IMG/VR virus record: IMGVR_UViG_3300031576_001126
Location: 64,001 to 128,000 of that record
Reading direction: 5' to 3' (one strand)
DNA: 64,000 bases
Source: a virus
The notes under the pieces were generated by a model, which saw only the letters and a list, made by a program, of their open reading frames with translations, was not told where the DNA came from and did not search any database. Of this stretch, positions 11,901-23,900 are shown piece after piece (position 1 is the first letter of the stretch; each line of letters starts with the position of its first letter). The position numbers were made by a program, and so were the translations under genes.

Positions 11901-14900
11901 TAAGCCCAACTAGTTCTTCTGGAAATATATCATACACATTTATAAAACCATCTGTGGATTTGTTTGAATATTCATATTTATTCGTTAATGGAACTTACAG
12001 GGCCGAAGTTGTTGTTAATGGAAAGTCTACTTCAAACCCGAATACAATAACCGACACTGGCTCGACTATAATAGTCGATTTTGATGTGGCATTGTCTTCC
12101 GGAGATACGGTGGGCTTGGTATTGTTTGTTATAAATGCTAATACTCAAAATGAAGAGATAATGATTGAAATACATTATCCAACATTTGGAGGTTTTGGTG
12201 ATGCCCCTCCATCTTATTTCCTTGTAGTTGATGGGTTAAAGGATTTCTACTTTGGAGATATCCAGGCCGAAGAAAAATATAAAATAATATCATCAAGAAT
12301 AAAAACGCTAACACCAGAAGAAATCCCACTTTTTTATGCAAAAATTTATTTAAAATTGGATCCAGAAAGTTTTCGAGATGACGATCTTGATGATTTGGTC
12401 AGGCTTTGGAATATTGACGCCCAAAATACCCCGCCAACTCCAAGCGGAAGAATATCTCATGCAGCAATATTTCATAGCATGATTATTTCGTCATTTGTTT
12501 CCAACGCCATAACATTCAACCAGGGCAATCTGCCAACGATATTGTCTGATGGATATGATTTAAGAGGATATGTTTTATATCCAAGACTTGATTCTTCCGC
12601 ATTTTTCAAGATTTTATCGAATACGGAAGATACAATTGTTTTAGATTCTAATAATATATTGGAAATAGCGAGAATAGGAGATCAATCAAGAGTTGGTATG
12701 GATATCCAATCTGGAAGAGTTTTGGATATAACCATAGATCGTAATAATCCTAAAATTATATATGCTTCAGCAAAAGACAATCCCTATATATCGCTTGACA
12801 GTGGAAGAACATGGAGACTAATCAATGATGGACTTCCTATAAATTCTTCAATAAATGAAAGTTTTGTAAAGTTTGAAAAAATAAAAATACATAATTCATA
12901 TTTATATGGTTGTGCTTTAAACTTTGCCGAAAACTTAGGTGGAGGGATCTATAGATTCGATGGAAATTCATGGGAACAAATTGGCGGTATTGATGGCGAT
13001 GATTTGATTCCAAAATCCGTTAATGACTTTGCTATTTTCGATGATTTAGGAGACACTATAATTTATGCAGGAACATTACAAGATGGAATTTATAAGGGAA
13101 ATGACACTCTTGGAAGTTTCGTTTGGGAAAAACAAAAATTACCAGACCACATCATAAATTCCATGGATCTTGTTAAAAAAGATAATGGAGATCTTGAAAG
13201 AGTTTGGATTGGAACAGCGGGTAAAGGTTTATTTAGAAAAGACGGACTCAGTGATAAAACTTGGGAAATAGAATATGACAACATATTGAAAAATTCAGAA
13301 ATAAAATCCGTACTTTGGAGACCATGGAACATCTTTGAAAAAAATAGCGATATTTTTGTTGATTCTTTGTTTTCAACAATAACCACAATAAACACAGGAT
13401 TCAATTTAATAGAGACTAAAAAATATGTCCAAGTCAATTATGGCCCCGCAGAAAGTCTTGGATTGGAAAACGATCCAGATTTATTTGATTGGGAAAAAAT
13501 AGGAGAAAAAAAAGACGACAAAGAAATTCCTCATGTATTCTCTATAGATCAATCTAATGCTTCCCACATAACAGAATCAATAGACAGAACCATCACTGAT
13601 CACGATCTGCCGGACAATAGAAGACTAACTGCATTTGTTTCGGGAATAAAAGGATCTGGCGCTTTATCAGAAAATTTTGGAAACGGAGCATTATTGGCGG
13701 GAATAGGAGTTCCTTCCAATTCTCTTGGAATTGAAAGAGTAAATATAGATTCCAACCAACCAACAATTTACGAAGAACCATTTAGTCATTTGCCAGACAG
13801 ACAATCTATAACCACAATAGAAGAATCGGATTCTGGAAGAATTTTTTTTGGAACAGATAGAAGCGGGGTATGGAGAACTAAATCTTCGAACGGAAGAAAA
13901 TATTTATTACCGTTTGTCGAAAATCCATCGGATTCTTTTGATCTTTCAAATTATGGATATGATTACATTGTCGGCAGGTTAGAGAGATTTTTAGCGACAT
14001 CAGTTTCTGATTTTCCAAATCAAAATACATTCAACAGAATAACAGGGATCGATCCAACTGGAGAAATAGGCTTCATAGACACATCGTCATTATTTGATGG
14101 AATTGGATATTCGGAAAGATTTTTTAGAGCCGAAAACATATATACATATACTGTAAAATCTTCAGAATCTCCTGATCTTTTTTCTGACATAACTTTACAT
14201 GGGTCTGATATTATTGGTGGATACTTTGTTCTATCAGAAATAACAAACGAAGCTCGTGGAGTTGTTGGGAGCAACAGGATTATTCTTGAGATAATTAATT
14301 TAAAATCCGAATCCGGGGATTATAAATTGTTTTTATCTGCCGGACAAAGACAGGCGATTTTGCCTCCACAAGTTATCTCGGATGCTATTTGGATCGCAAT
14401 AGATAAAGAAATTGAAAGTCCATCAGGAAATTATAATAAAATAGTTATTATGGATTTTGAAAAATATGAAGATATAAGTGGCAATCTTCCAAAAACAGAT
14501 ATTAAAAATTCTCTTGGTGTAAAAGAATCGGCGGTTTTCATAAGAGATATGAAAGTTATTGGATCTGAGGCTGTTATTGGATGTGGAATTGGAGGACTAT
14601 TTGTATCTAAAGATATAAATAATTTAAACACATCTGACATAGAATGGTTCAATATACTTGTTCCTTCTGAAATAAAAGACATTACTTCTATAGTTTGCAT
14701 TCCCAAAACACCGACTAGTGGTTATGGGTATGGATATGGCGAGGGACTGGACTATTTTGATGTGTTTGGGCTGGATGGCAGTTTATATGGATATGGGTTG
14801 GGTTTATTTGAATATGATTATTCATATGGATATGGGTATGGGGTCGGAATCGAATATGAAAGCTTGGATATTTATGTGGGAACTTGGGGAAATGGTGTTT

Positions 14901-17900
14901 GGGCACATAAAGGTGGACATTGGATTGGAGACATTTTTACCGGAGGAACATGGGAAGAAGTTGATGAATTAAATTTAAAACATAAAAATATATGGAAACT
15001 ATTCTTGTCTTCCAATGGTTTGCTATATGCGGGAACAGAACATGGTGGAATTTATGTTATTGATCCAAATGGAGGTTCGTGGATAAGGGAAATAGACAAT
15101 ATAACAAGATCTAAATTATTTATATGGAAAACCGAAGGATATTCTACTAAAAATGAATCTGTTTCTGTTTTCACAAACAAAGATAATATTCTTACATATT
15201 CCTTTGGCGGTGGAGTAATGAGAAGCCTAGACGAGGGAAATAGCTGGGAACAAGCCATCAATGGTCTTTCAAATATTTATGTTCAAGATTTAACAATTTG
15301 TCCAAATTCAACTTCTGATACGGCCTATGTGGCTACGGCCGGAGGAGGAGTTTACAAAACAACAAATGCATTCACTGGGAATTGTTCGTGGATAAAATTA
15401 CCAACAAATGGATTGCCAGAAAATCTAAATATAGACGAAATAGAAGTTGGTAATGATCCAAATATAGTTTATATAAAAACAAGAATAAATGATTTATCAT
15501 TCAAAAGTCTTCCGTTATCTATAAAAAATGTAGCTTCCGTTTCCGATCCTCCAATCTTTGAATTTGGAGATTGGACCGGATCTCTTAATACTTCTCTTTT
15601 CAATGGCACAAGATTCACGCCTCTTCAGCCATATACAAAGGGAGATAGGAAAGCAATAATATTTAGAAGCACGGATGGCGGAAATACTTGGGAATCAGTA
15701 TATGACAAAGATCCAAAATTTACGGATAGGGATTATAGATTTTCAAGTTCTGTCTTTGGATTGACATTAAGACCTGGACAAAATGATATTGTTCATTTCT
15801 TGTACAAATCGACTTTGACATCCAACAATCCCTCTGTCGGAAATATTGACTCATTTTTCTTTGTAACGATGAATGGAGACCAAATTATCTCAGAAACGAT
15901 ATTCCCATTGGATAGCTATCAAAACCTTAAAATATTAAATCAAAGAACAGACGCATACATATCTGTTAATCCAATGAATTTTGATGAAATATACATTTCT
16001 CTCCATGGAAATGTTGGTTCGACCTTTCAATTGCCTCCAATATACAAATCGACAGATGGTGGAAAAACGTGGTTTTATTCCAACGGACATTTTACATCAA
16101 GCGAAAGTTTTAATACAAAACTACAAATATCAAACAAAATCCCACCATCTGTTTCGGCTGTTGTGTCGGATGTGTCTTCAAGTATAAGTTTAATTGGCAA
16201 TACAGAAAATATAGATAAAAATACAGCTATTTTTGAGAATACAAAAATATTTTTTTCATCCAATTTTAATAGAATAATTACATCTAGTTTTACGCAAACA
16301 ACCACAGAAGATCCGTTTACAGATAGTTTGTTCTTTACATATCGAGACGAACCAGTTGTTGGCGAAATTAATTCTTATCCGAGATCATTTTATCTTACTG
16401 GAGCCACAATTCAGCCTAATATAAATCAGCCAACAATAATTGCGATTCAAAACGGTGGACATGGAGATTTTCTTCCAAAACTTACAAAGGGGGTGGGGAA
16501 CTCCAATAATCCACAATTTGTCACCGTGGTTCTTGATCAAACTTTTTCTGGAGCTATTCTTGATCCTATAAGCAACAAATGTAAAATAGGCAATTTGACA
16601 TCAATAAAAATTGACTATTCCTCTCTTCCCACCGAATCTATATTTAGAAAAGAAAACTCATTGATAGGTTTGGATATTAGTATCGGAGGGATTGCAACAA
16701 AAATAGCTATACATAGAGCTTTATATCCGGTAGTATCTTCGACAATTCCAAATAAAATAGAATTAATTGTTATTGGAGATTTTGGATCATCTATCGCCAT
16801 TGGAACCGTTATGTCCGTAACCTTAAAACAACCCATATATTCTAATTATGATAACGATTTAATGTTATCTGTGAATTCCGGTGTATCTTGGAAAAAAATA
16901 GGGAAAGAATCTTTTTCTTTGGCTTTGGACAATATAAAGGGGATAGCTAACAATACCGTATTGCCAACAACTGTTCCGTTAACGGTCAGGTCTACATACT
17001 TATTGCAAGATGAAGGAGAAAATAGCGTTGTCTACAGAGGAGACGCAAGAGACGAAAGATATGAGAATCAATCCATTGAAAGATTAATATGGACAAAAAT
17101 AGTCATAGATTCGACATTTAAGTCGAATAAAACCTTGTTTAATGGTCTGGCTTTTAGTGAATCTAGAAGCGCAATATATATATCCGAATCAAATAAAATT
17201 TCAAAAATATCAATATCTCCATCTATTTCTGTAACAACACTGTTTGATAACTTGAACATATCACATCCCCTGGTTGTTTCCGAGGCAAACAGTAACGATA
17301 TGTTATTTGTTGCCAATAGTTCAGTATATTCATCAAAAGATGGATTTGAAACTTTCCAAGTTTTTACATTGCCTCAAGCAATAACCCCGGCCTCAATAAA
17401 AAGAATTGTTTTGAGTAGAAATCCAGATATTCCAGATGAGGTTTTCCTTTGTGTCGATGCTGGACAGTCTTTTGAACAATCAACGTTTAATTCTTCAGGA
17501 GTTATTTCAGAGGGAACAACAAACATTATAAGATTTGCTTTATCTGTTGGACAAAAAAATCCTTTTGAAAACTTTATAAAAAGATATATTTCTTTCGAAG
17601 TTAATGGATCAAATTCTATATTCAATACGAGAATAGAGAGGATAACCTCGTCCGAAATATATACGCTCTCAACAATTGTTGGTTCTGTTATTTCTTTTTC
17701 TTATGATACAATAACCAACAAAACTTCACTAACCGGCAACGGTTCTCCACTGGATGCAGGCGCATATGCGGGGAACATTGTCACAATTCAAACAAGCTTA
17801 AATGTCGATGCTTTAACAATATTTACAAGCAGAGTAGAAGATGTGGAAAATATAACAGAATCAACTTTTGATATAATAGTCAACGGGGATTTAAGACAAA

Positions 17901-20900
17901 CATTCGAAGATAACGACATTGATTTCAATACTAAATTTCCTTCTTTAAGAATAGGAAAACTCGGAGATTTTTTAACTGTAGATTATAGTGGAAAAATAAC
18001 GGCAAGCAGATCGACAAATCAAACATTACAAAATGGATTATGGTATTCAAATACGTTCGGAGAAGGCTTTGTTAAAATAGATGGATTGGAAATCGGAGGG
18101 ATAGATGACAGACCAGGATGTTTGGATGCTTATCTTTTTGACAATGGGAGAGTTTCCGCAATATTAAATAATGACGATACAATAAGAATATTAACTAACA
18201 ATAATAGATTGCCGTCTGGAAATATTAATAAAGTTTTTACAACGCCAGACGGAAATATTTTTGCCCTAACCTCTAACGGTCTTTGCGTAATAGAAGGAGA
18301 TGAAGAACTTGAATTCTCTTCTTTTTTCTATAATAATTTCACAAATATAATGGATCTCGGTGCGGATCAAAGATATATTTTTGATGCGGAAAACAAAACC
18401 TTTATATTGAGTGGAATTCCTAATGAATTTTATGGAGACGAAACTCCAACGTTAGCTAGTTTTAACTTTAATAATGTCGTAGCCACGTTAAAAGACTCAA
18501 AAGAAACAATTTGGGTTGGAACAGAAGGGTTTGGTTTGTATGCTGTTTTTGGGAATAATATATACAACTTCAATGCTGATAATAGCAACATAGGAAGCAA
18601 TACAATAAGATCCGTAATAGAAGATAATAGAGGAAATATCTGGGTAGCAAGTGGAAATGGTGGGGTTTCCACCAGCTTTTACGGAGACAATATAAACGAG
18701 ATACCGGCAATAGTTTGGACAAACTTTCCAACTGGAATAGGGTTTACTGAAAATACAGGATTAACTGGGGCCGTAAATTCAATTAATGTAAGAAACACAA
18801 TGTCCATAATAGCCGACGGAACAGTAGATGTTCCTCAAGTAAATATAGATTGGACAAATATATCTTCTGTATTCCCAAAATCTATTATTTTACGAAGCAA
18901 TTCAACTATTACTCCGTCCGTCGTAAATGGGACAGATATAACTTTTGTTCCAATAAGAGACATAGTTTTAACCATCGAAGAAGAAACCAATAACGGGAAT
19001 CTTGTGTGGAGAATAACTGGCTCGACAGCAATCGATTATGGAACAAACAATCTTATTGGCAAGCACATTGTTCCAGACACAAGATCGAACACCAATGGTT
19101 TTGAAATAATTTTTAATTCTTTTAATTCGTTTGACATTCAAAGAGTTGAAGATGAAAATCCTCCGTCAATTGGTAATTTTATGATAGTCGAAAAGATCGA
19201 TTCCGCTTTTGTTGTCTATGCTGGTGACGGCACAGACATTGGTTTTAATTTTTCAGATGTCGATTTGCCAAACAACAATCAATATACATATTTCTTATTT
19301 TTTTATAATGATGTAAATTTCATATATAAATTAACAGACAGAAAGACTGTGGAGTTATCTGATTCTGAAATAGATTCTCAAAACGAACTCGATATGATTT
19401 GTGGTGGAAGTGGAGGATTGTTTAAATTTACTCCAAGCGAAGATACACAATTTACTTTTATTGCTTCGTTTGGAGAAGGAAATGATATCACAAATATATT
19501 CTTTGACACATCAAATATTGGTTGGCTTGCCGCAACAAGCAAGTTGGTTGAATTTAATTCTCCAAATATTATAACAGAATTCGGAATAAACGATTTATTT
19601 TCTGGTAAAACCGACAGTATCCCATCGTCCATGATTGTCAGAAATGCAGCCGAAAGATCAAACGGAGATATTGTCATAGCTACAGATGTGGGGCTATCCA
19701 TAAGGGATATTGCTGAATTTACTTCTATAATAGAGAATGATCCAGACATATCATTCAGAGATGATTCTGGAAATCTAACACTTAACGATTGGAGACCATC
19801 AACACTATTAAGTGCTGGGTCTGATCAGTTCAGTTTTATTGATGTTGGAGAAAACAACGCTCTTTTAGCCGTGAGAAAAAATATTTTTTCCACATCAAGT
19901 GGTGGTAATAATTGGTCAATAACAAACAACAACGATGACAACGTTATTTTCGATACTATAAAATTTGCTCACAAAATAGAAAAAGATAATGAAATAATAG
20001 ATATATTATTTTTCACAGACAGATCAATATATAGCTCTGGATCTGATAATATAGATATTTTAGAAACAGAAAATCTTCCATCAAGATCCGGCATTCTTGA
20101 ATCTTATTCAATAGGAGATATGTGGTTATCAGAAGGACCATCTTCATCAAGACTGATCATCGGGATGTATAATAACAATATTGTTGAAGAAGAAAGAGAA
20201 CTTGCTATTATTGATTTTTCATCACCTGATGAATTTACCACGCCTGTAACATTTATAAGTGGAAAAGATGGATTATCCATTCAATCTGCATATTCCTTCG
20301 CTGAAATAAATGACGGATTAGACATAATAATATGCTCAGGGTGTAAGGATTCGATAATATTTAAAAAGAATAGCGATTCTTGGAAACCCTTTATAACCGG
20401 AGAAATCGAACCGGAAACATTTGTTTATACCTCATTGTCCGCCAGAGTAGATGAAGAATCAATAGAACATGGAAAAACATTATATGCCACAAGAACTCCT
20501 ATCTATGGTGTTGATTTTGCACCTCAAGTATTATCATTCAGAATAGACGCCCCGTTGGTTGATAATAAAGTATTTAAATACGATGTAAACGGTTCGTTGG
20601 CTGGAAGAGTGCGAGATGGATTTCGGATTTATCCATCTCCGATAATCAAAGTGGACCGTCCAGCGATTGGCGAGTACAATCCCCAATGGTTCCAAAAAAA
20701 CATATATCGTGGGCATATTGGGGCAGTTAAATTTATAGAGTCAAGCAGATCTCTTGTTTTGGGAGGGTTTGCAAACACTTTAATGGTTATTCCCTTTACG
20801 GCGGAAAGATCGGATGATTTTAGGAAATTGGCATGTGGTGTTTATTCTGGTCTTAGAGGACATAGAAATTTCATTCCCAATCAAGCTGCTTATTCATCAA

Positions 20901-23900
20901 CAGAATATGTGGGATTTTATTTGCCATATGAAATCAATGAAGATTCAATATTCGCATCAGGTGTTTTCTCATTCTCTTCTGGCCTTAACAATAAAACAGA
21001 ATCGAACTTCTTGACAAAAAACAAAAATGCATGGTCTGTGAAATTTAACGAAGAAGATGGTTTCGCTTCATATTTACATTTTGGACAAAATAATTTTAAT
21101 GATAACAAGAAATTTAAATTTAATTCTACGGATAACATTAGTTATTTAATGAAGACAAGAGATGGCGGACAAATATGGTATTCCTCGATAAACAATGTCA
21201 CCGGAGAAAGCGAATTCCCGGTTGCCTCTGTCGGCGATTGGATTTTCAATAAATTAGATCAAGATAATATTATAATTTCAACAGTTAACGGTTTATATGA
21301 GTCTGGAGAATATAATTCTGGAATATTTGTTACGTTTGATGGAGGACATGGTTGGAGCAACGTTACTGATGTTCTTCCAAAGGTTCCGGCAAAATCCATA
21401 GAATTAATAGAAGATAAAGTTTATGCCGGTATGCTTGGGTACGGCGTTTTTAATACAAGCTTGGCTTCAATAAATTCTCTTGTTCCTGATTGGGAACAGT
21501 TTGAGTCAAGATACACAACTCTCAATGGAATTAATATAGGTCTATGGAATGTCACTTCTATAGAGGAGGACAGAATTAATCCCGAAAGATTATTGATTGG
21601 GACAACTAATCAAGGGGTTGTTCAATCTCTCAATTCTGGAGAAAGTTGGTCTTTCGATGATAATGGAATTCCTTCTGGAAATATAACCGTCATAAAAATG
21701 TTAGCCGTGAATCCCTTTGTCACTCTTGTTGGAATAAAAAACGATGGGCTTTACATAAAAAATAATGACATACAAAAATATGAAAAGAAAACAAATGGAC
21801 TTCCAACAAATTCAAATATAAGAGATATAAAAATAGACATAACATTCTCTGATATATATCTTGAATTTAATTATTCTAATTCTCTGAATGATTTTATATT
21901 AATAATAAGGGCTGATTTCTTGCCTCCTTCAAGGACTCCTGAAAACGGGGTATTATATCAAGTTGGAGGAGAAATAGAAAATGCTAACGTTGTATATTTT
22001 GGAAATGAAGATTTCTCTCTAAATAAATTTGTGGATAGGAACGGAAAGATAAGAGATGGTATTCCATATTATTATAGATTTTTTACATTGAATTTAGATG
22101 GGACATATACCGAAAGAGATATTATTCTTGGAAAATCAACCCTTGTGGAATCATTAAAAATAACAGACACTAGTAGCGCTCGTCTGGCCGATCCATTCCC
22201 AACGTCTGGGAATGGATTAAAACACAGAATCGTCAAACCATCCACATTAACAACACAATCCAAGCCAATGGAGATAGTTTCAAATACAGGAACAGAATTG
22301 TTCTTGAGAGCAGATCCTTTTGAAATATTAAATAGAGGGGGGGATGCTACTTTTGGAAACAGTATATTAAGGAATCAGCAATATCGCATAGATTCAACCC
22401 TTATCGTTATTCCAATAAAGATAAATCCCATTTATATTATAGCTGAAGATATTTCAAATGGAATTTCTAAAGTTTACTATTCTAACAACAACGGCGAATC
22501 CTGGTTTGAAAGAAATTCAGGAATAACATCTACGGACATTAGAACGTTAACTTTGGAAATATTAAATATCGAATCAAGACTTCTTTTAGAACAGGCTGCA
22601 ATATACATATCTACTGCCGATGGAGTTTTTAAAAGCGAAGACAATGGATTGAGTTGGAACGAAATAAGTTCTTCTTCCGGAACAAATATCCTTCCAAACT
22701 CCATTCCATATAGAAAAGTTGTAGTGGATCTTGAAGACTGCAATATAGTTTATGCTTTAAATGATAACGGAGAAACTTTTAGAAGCTTGAATGAGGGAGA
22801 TTCTTGGGAACTTATGAATTCTTTTGATGGAGAGTTTAATGTGGCGGATATTGTTTCTTTCTTTACAAACCATATATATGTTGGGACAAATGGAGATGGA
22901 ATAATAAGGTTAGAAAATTCAGTAAGAGATAGAATTGATCTAAACGTTATAGCTGATGGGAATATCTCGTTTTTCGATATAGATTTCATAGAAATAGGTG
23001 ATTTTGCATCGACAGATACAAACTCAATAACAGCAAGCACTCTTGTTAAAAATGATTCCATATCGAACAACAGAGAACAAATAAGATTTAAAACAAAAGA
23101 ATATGCAAACAATATTCAAATACTTATTAAAAATAATGATATTCCATTTAATGTTGAGGATGTATTCATCGGTGATCAGCTTGCTAATCCTCCTAGTAAT
23201 CCGTTTATCTTAAGAATCCCCGAAACAGAAGACGATCCTACAATAGTTAATCAAATTATATCTCTTTCTGATAATAATTTGTATGCCGCAACAAACAGGG
23301 GGGCCTTTTTTACGAGTGATTTTGGATTAAAATGGAATAAAATAAACAATCCGGAATTGCCAGATGAAATTCTGGATATCGCCGATATAAGAAATAATGA
23401 ATTGGCATTAGCGACAGCAAGCGGACTATGGACCAGCACTAACGATAGAAAAGATTTTGGAATAATAGAATCTTCAGGAAAAAGAATAAATACTATTTTT
23501 GAATCTTCAGATAGAATAGTGAGAAATTTGATTAGGGGAGGAGAAAATGGTCTTAGAATTACAATAGAAAATTCAAAAAGTATAATAGCCTTTTCTGGAA
23601 AAAACAGACAAATAAAATTAAGCTGGGGCGATATCTTTAACAGAGTGGACGGAGGATGGTCTGAAAACACTCAAATAATATTGGCTGATCCAATTTTCAG
23701 ACCAATAAAACCCGATGATAATTCTTTGACAAGTTTTGATGGATGGGATCATGCCCTTATTGTTAGGAAAGGACCGTTTACTACTTTTGAAAAAGCTTTG
23801 GCTGCTGGAATAAACAACAATATATTTGCTCCCCAAACACAAGTTGTTTATCCAACTAATACTTTGGTTAGCGTTTATAACACCCCAATATCAATTGCTC

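Noticed and set aside
13945-13975. NYGYDY as a sixth Tyr-Gly module
   Set aside because: It lacks the DFFDVFG core and the second YGY block.
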